DNA from: Pyrinomonadaceae bacterium
GTDB lineage: Bacteria > Acidobacteriota > Blastocatellia > Pyrinomonadales > Pyrinomonadaceae
Length of the DNA stretch: 58,361 nt
Assembly (NCBI GenBank): GCA_035601635.1
Contig: DATNNY010000654.1
Coordinates: 1-58,361, forward strand
Direction: 5' to 3'
Program-made: the position numbers and the translations under genes
In this document: piece by piece, positions 27,910 through 35,523 of the stretch
Layout of the letters: every line of letters starts with the position of its first letter
Position numbering within the stretch: position 1 is the stretch's first letter
Notes under the pieces: generated by a model
Seen by the model: the letters and a program-made list of their open reading frames with translations, nothing else
Databases searched by the model: none
Told to the model about the DNA's origin: nothing

Positions 27910-28074
27910 CAGGACTGACCTCCTGATGGATTTCCCTTGCAGCTAGGAGCGTTCGCTACTAGACTATGCGCCGTGCTAGAGGATGCCCGGACGATTTGAA
28001 GCGTCCGAGCGAGAGGCATTAGCCGCTTTGTCCTCTTGCTCTAATTTTCAAAATAACGATCTCTTTTCAAACAG

Positions 28075-28240
28075 CATATGGGAGCACAGTGCAAGTAAGC
28101 AAGAGTGAGCTTGCCGAAACCATGCTCCCATGTAGAGAGCGGGGCGACGTTGGGGTGAGGACAACCGTCGCCAGCTCTCACTAAGCGGGGAAGTCACTTG
28201 TGAGCGTAGTGGGACGCTCGCCGACTTCCCCGCTCTAACA
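28075..28240. ncRNA. candidate structured RNA (three or four consecutive strong hairpins); strand and function unknown
   Basis: Stems read by eye: ATGGGAGCA/TGCTCCCAT; GAGAGC..GGCGACG/CGTCGCC..GCTCTC; AGCGGGGAAGTC/GACTTCCCCGCT enclosing GAGCG/CGCTC. The segment is locally GC-rich inside an AT-richer IS. No convincing ORF covers it. Confidence 0.3.
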
Positions 28241-28449
28241 TCATGCAAAACATCTACGCCGCGACTCCCAAAGGTCTTATCTATCACCTGCTGGCCGAAT
28301 ACCATCGCACCCTTTGCGGCCTGTACATCGTCGGCGATCTTCACTTGTTCGCCGGGATACCAAAGGATCGGATTCTCTGTAAGCATTGCGAGACGATAGC
28401 TTCGCAAAACAAGTCTACTTCCGTCTCCTGAATTGCTGTACCCTTAGAC

Positions 28450-29436
28450 CTATAAAACGACAGGCCCCTTATACCTTAGCCGTTTTCCTTCAGCTTCGCG
28501 GATCGCCAAAGCCATTCGCTCGCCATCGTTCAATTCCCGGTTGTTCCACATGAAATCGAACTGCCAGATGTAGCGATGTAAATGCTTCTTGCTTACGTTG
28601 TGATAGATACCAACGATGCCGCGCTTGACTAGCGCGAATGAGCTTTCAACCGTGTTCGTGTTGACATCACCACGAGCATATTCCTTCGCGCTATGGCACA
28701 CTGTTTCATGGCCCGCATATTCAAGGTCGATCCCGTTGTATGACGGATTCTCGTCGGTGAGGATGAATGCTCGCTTGTCTACTACTTCGCGGATTGCATC
28801 TTTCAAGGTGTCGCCCGTCACGTCCGCAACCACTCGCCGTCTGATTCTACCGTTGCGTTCGACAGCCGCGAAAACTGGCTGTTTGTTGGTTCCGCGTCCG
28901 CGCTTACTGATGCCCTTGTATCGCGGTTTTCCGCCCACATACGTTTCGTCACATTCAACAATACCCGTAAGCTTTGGCGTGGCATCGTCTGGGGCCATCG
29001 CAAATCTGATTCGATTCATGAGGAATAACGCCGTGCGATAGCTGCATTGGGTGTGACGTTTAATCTCAAGCGCACTGACACCTTTTTTCGAGGTTGAGGC
29101 TCGCCAGAACGCATAGCACCAATGACGAAGGGGAAGCCGTGACTCTTCAAACACAGTTCCAAGACGAACGGTGTATTGTTGTTTGCAATCGTGACAACGC
29201 CACAGAAAACGCTTGCTCCGTTCACCCGTCTTCCGGTCAACCATTTTATAGACATCGACGCTACCACAGTGAACGCAACACGGCTCGTCGCCCCAACGCT
29301 GAGCCTCAAAAAATTCCACGGCGGTTAGTTCATCAGCGCACGCGAGCGGCATCTGCTTAATAACAGCGGAACTAGATAGGCGATGCTTGTTCTTGTTCAT
29401 GTTGCTAATTTTACACTTAACGCAATTCACTGTCAA
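28450..29436 (-). CDS. IS1595-family (ISXO2-like) DDE transposase
   Basis: N-terminal zinc ribbon is CCVHCGS...WRCHDCKQQYTVRLGTVFEESRLPLRHW. An ISXO2-like core follows (IVECDETYVGGK, ILTDENPSYNG). Confidence 0.85.
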   Translation of the reverse strand: MTVNCVKCKISNMNKNKHRLSSSAVIKQMPLACADELTAVEFFEAQRWGDEPCCVHCGSVDVYKMVDRKTGERSKRFLWRCHDCKQQYTVRLGTVFEESRLPLRHWCYAFWRASTSKKGVSALEIKRHTQCSYRTALFLMNRIRFAMAPDDATPKLTGIVECDETYVGGKPRYKGISKRGRGTNKQPVFAAVERNGRIRRRVVADVTGDTLKDAIREVVDKRAFILTDENPSYNGIDLEYAGHETVCHSAKEYARGDVNTNTVESSFALVKRGIVGIYHNVSKKHLHRYIWQFDFMWNNRELNDGERMALAIREAEGKRLRYKGPVVL

Positions 29437-29659
29437 GAGGAAAGTTGCGGCTCGGATTTCGACTTCCCGAAATAGTCCCTTGACTCCATAGAAAGGACGG
29501 GTTAGAGTGCAGAACGAAAAAGGGAGCGAGCCGCTACAAGCTCACTCCCCGGTTCACGGCCTAACTGGAATAGGCCCCCTAATTGATACCTACCATCTAC
29601 CAACAGACAGGGACATTCTAGCATCATATAAAGGTCTTTGACAACACATAAAATGGTTG

Positions 29660-29746
29660 TGGGGACGACAGGAATTGCACCCGCACGAGCCTTTCGGCTC
29701 ACCGTATCGACAGTACGGCGCGTCTGCTAATTTTCGCCACGTCCCC
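29660..29746 (-). tRNA. type II (long variable arm) tRNA-like gene with apparent GUC anticodon and a non-canonical T-loop
   Basis: Hand-folded. Acceptor GGGGACG/CGTCCCC is perfect. Anticodon stem CCGTA/TACGG has loop CTGTCGA. The variable arm is GAGCC-GAAA-GGCTC. T-stem GCGGG/CCTGT has two G:U pairs. T-loop is TGCAATT rather than TTCRANY. No CCA is encoded. Confidence 0.4.
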
Positions 29747-29774
29747 ATATCCACGGTCGGGCTTGAAAATGTAA

Positions 29775-29848
29775 TGGGGCGAACTCTGGGGATCGAACCC
29801 AGACCTTCGTAGTACTGGTACGACATGCTACCGTTACACCAAGCCCGC
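29775..29848 (-). tRNA. 74-nt tRNA gene with an atypical anticodon loop CCAGUAC (C33; nominal anticodon AGU)
   Basis: Hand-folded. Acceptor GCGGGCT/AGTTCGC has G4:U and G5:U pairs. D-loop is AACGGTA. Anticodon stem is TCGTA/TACGA. T-arm CTGGG-TTCGATC-CCCAG is canonical. Discriminator is C and CCA is encoded. Confidence 0.6.
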
Positions 29849-29988
29849 CACACGGCGGCGGAGAGGTTTTCATTTTTGCGAGTGAGCCTCTTCGCCGTTC
29901 TGGTTTTCAAACACCTTCACTAAATCACAGACAAGACCTTGCTGCAAGCACTATTTCATCGGTGAAACAATTTTTCAGAATGGTTCCC

Positions 29989-30651
29989 TCAGTCGTCATC
30001 AAGACTTAGGGCTACCGGTTCGGCTTTCTTATCAGACACCTCTGGTTCGTCTTCCAAACTGAGTCCGGCTGGCGCTCTCTTGTGGCCGTTACTACTCACG
30101 GCAGGTTCATCTTCATCTACTGTCTCGACGATCATGAATGGGCTGCTGTTACCTTTTTTGAACGCCTCTGCGGTAGTCCATTCCAACAGCCCAAACTCGT
30201 TCGGGCCAGTCTTAACAAAAATCTGATCCTTCCGGGCATAGAGCCCTAACTGACCAGCGAGCGATGCGCGGGTTTTCTTGTTGATCTCTTTCCCGATTGC
30301 GGTCAGCAAAGTATCTACGTGAAGCGGCTTGCGAACATCGCGCAACGCATCGCGTGCCTTGCTCGCTTCACTACCTCGACGAAGCGCAATCTCCGCGCGG
30401 CCTTCGTCGCCTTCTTCATCCGGCAAACTTTTTAGTACGGCCTGAAGTTCCTGCATCGCAAACTCATTGGCTTCGATATCGCCAAAAATCTCGCTCGCCT
30501 GACCGTGCAAATTTGCTAACGTCATCTGAATCTTGTCGATACGCTTTTGGATCGCGGCGCGTGCGCTGATGGGCATAACTAAAACCTTCCTTTCGGGCTT
30601 TTGGCTTGGAAATCCCGGCAGGCCTAAGGGGGAACCAACTGAGACTGGCAA
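29989..30651 (-). CDS. HARE-HTH-like winged-helix protein
   Basis: LHVDTLLTAIGKEINKKTRASLAGQLGLYARKDQIFVKTGPNEFGLLEW resembles the HARE-HTH motif. The tail is acidic. The likely start is MPISARAAIQ near 30576. Confidence 0.55.
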   Translation of the reverse strand: MPVSVGSPLGLPGFPSQKPERKVLVMPISARAAIQKRIDKIQMTLANLHGQASEIFGDIEANEFAMQELQAVLKSLPDEEGDEGRAEIALRRGSEASKARDALRDVRKPLHVDTLLTAIGKEINKKTRASLAGQLGLYARKDQIFVKTGPNEFGLLEWTTAEAFKKGNSSPFMIVETVDEDEPAVSSNGHKRAPAGLSLEDEPEVSDKKAEPVALSLDDD

Positions 30652-30807
30652 ACTGAGAGAATTTTAACCTCCGATTTTGCTGAGGTCAAGAGAAATGTTA
30701 AAAAGTGAGAGTGCGTGATGTTGGCGAGAGGGTAGGGCAGCCGTAAAGTCTAGCTTTTGTTAAACGTTTGGCGTTTTAAGGTTAATTGCGTAAAGTACAT
30801 ACTTCCG

Positions 30808-31010
30808 TTTTCAACTTCTCCGTTTGCGCCTAACAGCTCGGCGATTCCCTCAAATAGCGCCTTCAGGATTTCTGCCTCCGGTTTGGAGCACAAAGTTTCG
30901 GTAGCCAGGTGTTTGAGTTGGAGTTCGCCATTGGCCAAGCGTTTTTCAATCGAATAGCGTTGGCCGGAAAGTTTGATTTGCAGCCCTTGTCGCAGCCTTT
31001 GGCCTTTCAT
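30808..31010 (-). pseudogene. tnsB: tnsB, 5' segment upstream of the IS insertion
   Basis: MKGQRLRQGLQIKLSGQRYSIEKRLANGELQLKHL...GANGEVEN. The rest of ORF 30750-31010 (GSMYFTQLTLKRQTFNKS) is read-through into the IS inverted repeat. Confidence 0.8.
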
Positions 31011-31288
31011 ACTTTTCCTCCCTGGTTGCTTTCTGGCTGTGACAGGTAATAACTAACAATCAGCTTGGTGAGGGCGCAGATTTTAAGCGTCAGCCACGGT
31101 CGGCCAACGGGCAGTCTTGTCCTTTCACCTACGACGAACAGATCTAGTTGTGTATCGTCTATCTCGAGGTTCTCCAGCGGGCGGTAGTTATTGTCTCCTT
31201 GGTCTGCGTCACGCTGACTAGTCGCCGAACAGCGCAGGCTTTTTTGCGAAACGGAAACGTGGTCGTCAGTGTTGTCAAAGCGATTCAT
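31007..31288 (-). pseudogene. isolated fragment of a TnsB-like catalytic core between tnsA and tnsB
   Basis: LENLEIDDTQLDLFVVGERTRLPVGRPWLTLKICALTKLIVSYYLS parallels LERVEMDDTKLDLFVIDEKTNLPIGRPWLMIAICAFTKMILGYYLS in the main tnsB. It is only 93 aa. Start and stop overlap both neighbours. Confidence 0.6.
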
Positions 31289-31932
31289 CCTTCACCTCCA
31301 TCGTTGTTTTCAGAGTTAGTTGGAAGCCATATCGGGCTCTTCATACTGAGAGGAATTAAGTAATCGGTAACGATAAAATGGTGGTACATCAGCGCCAGGA
31401 CCACCGGCCTTTCAGCGCCTCGTGATTCAAAAAGCTCGAGAAGTTCCCCTAGCGTTGCTGTTTGGCGATGTAAGAAAAATTCATGGCATAAGAGATGGTG
31501 TTGTGGATGAATTGACGTCCGCGAGTAGTATCTCAATCTCTTGATCGTAGTTAAGAACGGTTCGACTAAAATCTCGCGTTCGGTTTTGACGAGAAAGTCA
31601 TAACCCGCACGATCACATATCGGCGTGACGATCCGAAACAATTGCTCGAACCAGGGTGTAATCAGTCGTTCATACTTAACCTCAACAATCAGCGGACGCT
31701 GTTGTTTCCGATAGACCAGAAAATCGGCCGTAAACGATCGGCGTTTTCCATTCAACTCGTAAAAGACTCTTATTGACTGTGTAGAGTAGGAAATGACGTT
31801 TCGATCGTGCTCGCACCGTAGGGCAAGGCACAGTTCAGCGATCGATTCGGTCCAAATGTTTCGACCGTTCTTCTGGCTCGGAAGCTTGCAGACATTTATA
31901 CGGCGTCCGCCGTTGTGGATTTTTCTGAGCAT
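31285..31932 (-). CDS. tnsA: TnsA-like endonuclease
   Basis: ESIAELCLALRCEHDRNVISYSTQ...FTADFLVYRKQQRPLIVEVKYERL shows a restriction-endonuclease-like D...E-x-K core typical of the TnsA N-terminal domain. Confidence 0.8.
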   Translation of the reverse strand: MLRKIHNGGRRINVCKLPSQKNGRNIWTESIAELCLALRCEHDRNVISYSTQSIRVFYELNGKRRSFTADFLVYRKQQRPLIVEVKYERLITPWFEQLFRIVTPICDRAGYDFLVKTEREILVEPFLTTIKRLRYYSRTSIHPQHHLLCHEFFLHRQTATLGELLELFESRGAERPVVLALMYHHFIVTDYLIPLSMKSPIWLPTNSENNDGGEG

Positions 31933-31947
31933 GGTGCCCCCTGAGCT

Positions 31948-33222
31948 TTATGGTTCTTGAGAATGCGAGCTGGGAGATGTTGCGCATTCGGAAGTGTTAT
32001 CGGCACGGCTATGACAGTGAGCGTTTATTCCTCGGGTGATTTTAAAGAGTGAGGAACGATCTAGCTTCAAACGTCTGGCAGCATGGCTCATATTTCCGTT
32101 ATAGCGACGCTTCACAGCCTCGATAGCTGCAGCTCGCACGCGTTGCGTAAAATCGTGAAAAGACTCACCCGCAAAAAGAGTGCGGCAGGAATCAGGCAGG
32201 TCGATCGTCTGCGAATCGAGATATTTGAACCGGGCCAATTCGGCGTGGACATTTGCAGCGGTGACGTTGGTACCGCCGGCGTAGCAAGCGAGCCGCGCTA
32301 TAACGTTTTGCAATTGCCGAATGTTGCCTGGCCAGTCATAAAGACAAAGTTCATTGAGAGCGGCTTCATCTAGTTGCACGGACTTAACTGAACTCAACTC
32401 AGATCGCTCTGCGGCAAACCTTCTGAAAACGAGTTCCGGAATATCCTGGCGACGTTGGCGCAATGGCGGAATGTCAAGTTGGAGTACTGCGAGGCGGTAA
32501 TAGAGATCGTCTCGAAAGCTGCCGACCGCGATCATTCGATGGAGGTTACGTGACGACGCAGCAACGAGCCGCACGTTGCAGTCAATGTCAGTGAGCCCCC
32601 CCAACCGTCGGATCTTTCGGCAATCAATCGCTTTAAGTAGTTTCGCTTGCAGTTCCGGTTTGAGTTCGCCAATCTCATCCAAAAACAGTGTGCCGTTGTG
32701 CGCAACTTCGAAGAGACCTTTCTTGCGCCCCGTGGCACCTGTAAAAGCTCCTCGCTCGAATCCAAAGAGTTCGCTTTCAAGAAGGTGTTCGGGCAGAGCG
32801 GCGCAATTGACGTCAACGAAACGCGCGGCAGAATGTTTGCTGCGCTCGTGAATGATCTGAGCCACAGTTGTTTTGCCTGTGCCGGATTCTCCCGTTAGCA
32901 GCACGGCGTGCTGTACTCGCGCCGCGTGAGATATTTGTTCGTCGAGACCGCGCATGCTCGGCGATTGACAGACCCATTGGGCGTTCCGCGAAGATTCGGA
33001 AACGGTGCGGCCTTCAGCCACTGCCGAAAAAGCTGCTCTGAGTGTGGTCGGTTTTTTTCCATCGACACGTACATCTCTCCTGAGAAGAGGTTTTTTGAGA
33101 ATGCGCAAGCTAACCATGGAGAATTCCCAAGACAGAATCTCCATTAGACATACTGAAAAAGCGTGAAAGTGTGACAGGGGTGAAGGCGGGGAACCGGGGA
33201 AATGCCCGGGATCTTCTAACAA
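31948..33222 (-). CDS. sigma-54-dependent transcriptional activator (bEBP) without a recognisable N-terminal sensor domain
   Basis: AAA+ Walker A is LTGESGTGKTT. The GAFTGA loop is FERGAFTGATG. WPGNIRQL is present, and the C-terminal Fis-type HTH is NMSHAARRLKLDRSSLFKI. The likely start is M at 33117, leaving only about 60 aa before the AAA+ core. Confidence 0.85.
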   Translation of the reverse strand: MLEDPGHFPGSPPSPLSHFHAFSVCLMEILSWEFSMVSLRILKKPLLRRDVRVDGKKPTTLRAAFSAVAEGRTVSESSRNAQWVCQSPSMRGLDEQISHAARVQHAVLLTGESGTGKTTVAQIIHERSKHSAARFVDVNCAALPEHLLESELFGFERGAFTGATGRKKGLFEVAHNGTLFLDEIGELKPELQAKLLKAIDCRKIRRLGGLTDIDCNVRLVAASSRNLHRMIAVGSFRDDLYYRLAVLQLDIPPLRQRRQDIPELVFRRFAAERSELSSVKSVQLDEAALNELCLYDWPGNIRQLQNVIARLACYAGGTNVTAANVHAELARFKYLDSQTIDLPDSCRTLFAGESFHDFTQRVRAAAIEAVKRRYNGNMSHAARRLKLDRSSLFKITRGINAHCHSRADNTSECATSPSSHSQEP

Positions 33223-33238
33223 ATAGTTAGCTTTAAAA

Positions 33239-33736
33239 TTAATCTAGCAGAGCACTTTCGTTCTGCCTTTCAAGTTCTGATTTGACTTGCGAGAGCCAGG
33301 TCAAGGCTAATTCCAATGCCTCACTTGGATCCGAGATCCTTGCTGAAACCCGCGCAATTTTATGAGAGTTTTCCGTCAAAAGCTTGACGGCTTCGACGTG
33401 AATCCGATAGGCAGCAAAAACTAGCGCGCTTGATCTCGGTGAGGTGGTCCATGGAAGACAATCGTTTGATTCCAAGCTTTGAAGGTCAAGTAATTTTATT
33501 TCCAAAGCATCTGCTAAGGCCATTGGTGCGACACCTAAACTTCTCCTGAATCGGCGAACAAAAGAAGAAAGAGTTGTTATTTCAACAGATCGAGTTACGG
33601 GCCGGTTACGAAGGAAGGAAAGTAAATCACTCGGAGTCTTAAATACGGGAGGCTCCACCTTGGGGATGTTTTCCTCTTCTTCCCTCTCACGACGAATCTG
33701 TTCCAACAGGTTGTTTATGTGATCTTCGTAGCTCAT
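33239..33736 (-). CDS. hypothetical protein between the sigma factor and the bEBP (possible sigma partner)
   Basis: 165-aa ORF with no TM helix and no motif recognised. It overlaps the upstream sigma ORF end by 50 nt. Confidence 0.45.
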   Translation of the reverse strand: MSYEDHINNLLEQIRREREEEENIPKVEPPVFKTPSDLLSFLRNRPVTRSVEITTLSSFVRRFRRSLGVAPMALADALEIKLLDLQSLESNDCLPWTTSPRSSALVFAAYRIHVEAVKLLTENSHKIARVSARISDPSEALELALTWLSQVKSELERQNESALLD

Positions 33737-34307
33737 CGTTTTCCAGCCTCAATATTTCTCGCTTCAGTTTGCGAAGTATGCGTGAGAGTCGCTGTCGGAT
33801 CGCAGTGTCGGTTGATCCTAACCTGCGCGCTATCTCGGGCGACTTTAGGCGTCGACGAAATCGAAGTCGGAGAACCTCGCAATCGATTTCCTTAAGTGAT
33901 CCGCTTTTTCTGAGCGATCTGATCGCCTGTTTCAGCCATTTATGCCTCTTCTGATTTCCGCCATTATTTTCTTCGTCGATTGTAGCTTCGATCGATGGTT
34001 CTAGAATGTCCTCGATGGATTCTGGCCAACGACGTCGTTCTTGCTCACGATTGCGTGCGAAGTTCTTTGCGACTGTTAGAAGCCATTTTGACAATTCTCC
34101 TTCGTCCGGATCGTACCCAGCGCATTTTGTTCTTTCTAAGATTAGCCACAAGTCCTGCCAGACATCTTCCTCTTCATGAAAGCCGGCCCAGCGAAGAAAT
34201 GGAACTACGTTTGCGATTCCTTCTTTCCACAGGAACTCAAACGCTTTAGGATTGCCCGCCTTAAGCTTCTTGATAAACTGTATACTGTCAATGATGGCCT
34301 CGAACAT
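33687..34307 (-). CDS. ECF-like sigma-70 family factor
   Basis: Region 2-like EEDVWQDLWLILE and WLLTVAKNFARNRE. Region 4 HTH is CEVLRLRFRRRLKSPEIARRLGSTDTAIRQRLSRILRKL. Confidence 0.7.
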   Translation of the reverse strand: MFEAIIDSIQFIKKLKAGNPKAFEFLWKEGIANVVPFLRWAGFHEEEDVWQDLWLILERTKCAGYDPDEGELSKWLLTVAKNFARNREQERRRWPESIEDILEPSIEATIDEENNGGNQKRHKWLKQAIRSLRKSGSLKEIDCEVLRLRFRRRLKSPEIARRLGSTDTAIRQRLSRILRKLKREILRLENDELRRSHKQPVGTDSS

Positions 34308-34466
34308 CTGTGTTGCTCAACTTTCCGGCACACCAGAATTAAGGCTTGCAAAACCGTCCTCCCTTTTTGTACACTGATGACGGTTCGCGCCTCTGGCGCC
34401 TATAAAGATTTTGATTTAGCGGCATAACTTTTCGAGGGTTGACGCCGCAGGATTTCTAAGCCGAGT

Positions 34467-34507
34467 GGGGTTGACGATCGCCAAATCGTCAACCCCGCTT
34501 CGTTTTT
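34467..34507 (+). terminator. 12-bp perfect hairpin followed by a T-run (terminator-like or operator)
   Basis: GGGGTTGACGAT-CGCCAA-ATCGTCAACCCC, then GCTTCGTTTTTA. It lies in the divergent intergenic region at 34308-34674. Confidence 0.35.
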
Positions 34508-34674
34508 ATAATCTCCGATTCCTACATCGTACGAATCTCCTTTTTATCAACATCCGATCGCGTCCATACTTCGCGCTTAACTGAGCAACGTGTGGCAGAT
34601 AAACTGAAGCTAAACGTCGAGCGGACTCCAAGACTGCGTCGGCTTCTTTTTCACTGACCGTCCAGGACTAGCTT

Positions 34675-35523
34675 TTGGATCGGCCGCTGCCTCACACTAG
34701 CAGAGTCAGTGTGACGACCCCTGTGACGGGGTTGGGCGGTTCGAGCGAAAGGGAGAGTGCGATAGCTTTGGAGATGGCGAACACACGGAAGAGAAATCGC
34801 AGAAAGACGAAGACCGAAGTCCAACCGCACAAGGATGACTCCGAATCATTCGGCGAATTCGTCGGACGCACGCGCGAACGGTTACGAAATCCAGAGCTAT
34901 CGCAAACGAAGGCTGCCGAGAAGGCGGGAATTAGCCGCGAGACGTGGAATCGAATTGAACGAGGCAAACAACTACCAGCTCCCGCGAATATCCCTGCCAT
35001 CGCTGAAACCCTTAAAACCGACGTCAGGAGACTTTTCATCCGCGCGGGTTACGAGGTACCCAGTGACATCGAGATTGACAGACGGAAAAGGCTTGTACGG
35101 GATTTCCTCGTCTACTGGGACGAGGCAAGTTCAACCGCGGGATTTATGTTGGGCATACTCGCGATCTGGTTAAGAGACAAGCAAGAGGGCGAGGAGCGAA
35201 CCCGAATTTACTTGGAACCTGCCTTCCTGCAACTTCTCATTGCGATTCAAGAAAACCTCTCTAGGAATCAACAACTTCGTCTTGCTGCTGAACTCATCGA
35301 AAGAATCCCAGTTACTGAATTGAGAAAGGATCGAATTGACTTCAATAACATGCTTGAAGAGATCGATTGTGAGTTGGAATGGAATAAGCGCGCATCAGTC
35401 AGAGCCGCCGGTGGTCTCTATGAAATTCGATCACTGCCTGGCATGGGGCATTATCGCCGTTTGCTTACTGACGAAGAGCTAACTAACCTTTTGGTATTCG
35501 CCAAGAGCCAAACCAAGGAATAG
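34675..35523 (+). CDS. XRE-HTH domain protein with a long C-terminal extension
   Basis: ELSQTKAAEKAGISRETWNRIERGKQLP. The likely start is MANTRKRNRRK near 34773. Confidence 0.65.
   Translation: MDRPLPHTSRVSVTTPVTGLGGSSERESAIALEMANTRKRNRRKTKTEVQPHKDDSESFGEFVGRTRERLRNPELSQTKAAEKAGISRETWNRIERGKQLPAPANIPAIAETLKTDVRRLFIRAGYEVPSDIEIDRRKRLVRDFLVYWDEASSTAGFMLGILAIWLRDKQEGEERTRIYLEPAFLQLLIAIQENLSRNQQLRLAAELIERIPVTELRKDRIDFNNMLEEIDCELEWNKRASVRAAGGLYEIRSLPGMGHYRRLLTDEELTNLLVFAKSQTKE

Larger units (their letters stand above)
27457..30807. mobile_element. IS1595-family transporter IS (3351 bp) carrying passenger genes
   Basis: There are perfect 22-bp terminal inverted repeats: CGGAAGTATGTACTTTACGCAA (27457-27478) and its reverse complement (30786-30807). 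They are flanked by the 8-bp direct repeat TTTTCAAC (27449-27456 and 30808-30815). An IS1595-type transposase lies inside. Confidence 0.85.

Noticed and set aside
28048-28431. ORFs 28048-28407 (minus, 119 aa) and 28243-28431 (plus, 62 aa) inside the IS
   Set aside because: Neither has a recognisable motif or a ribosome-binding site, and they overlap each other and the hairpin cluster. The 62-aa ORF has a C...CxxC pattern and could be real, but I cannot support it.
29502-29910. ORFs 29502-29702 and 29590-29910 (minus strand)
   Set aside because: They run through the two tRNA-like genes and are most likely spurious.
31925-34400. Search for sigma-54 type -24/-12 promoters (TGGCAC-N5-TTGC) near the bEBP, tnsA and the 34.3-kb intergenic region
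   Set aside because: Only mis-spaced partial matches were seen (for example CGGCACACC...CTTGCA at about 34328 with the wrong spacing). No site can be claimed without a proper scan.
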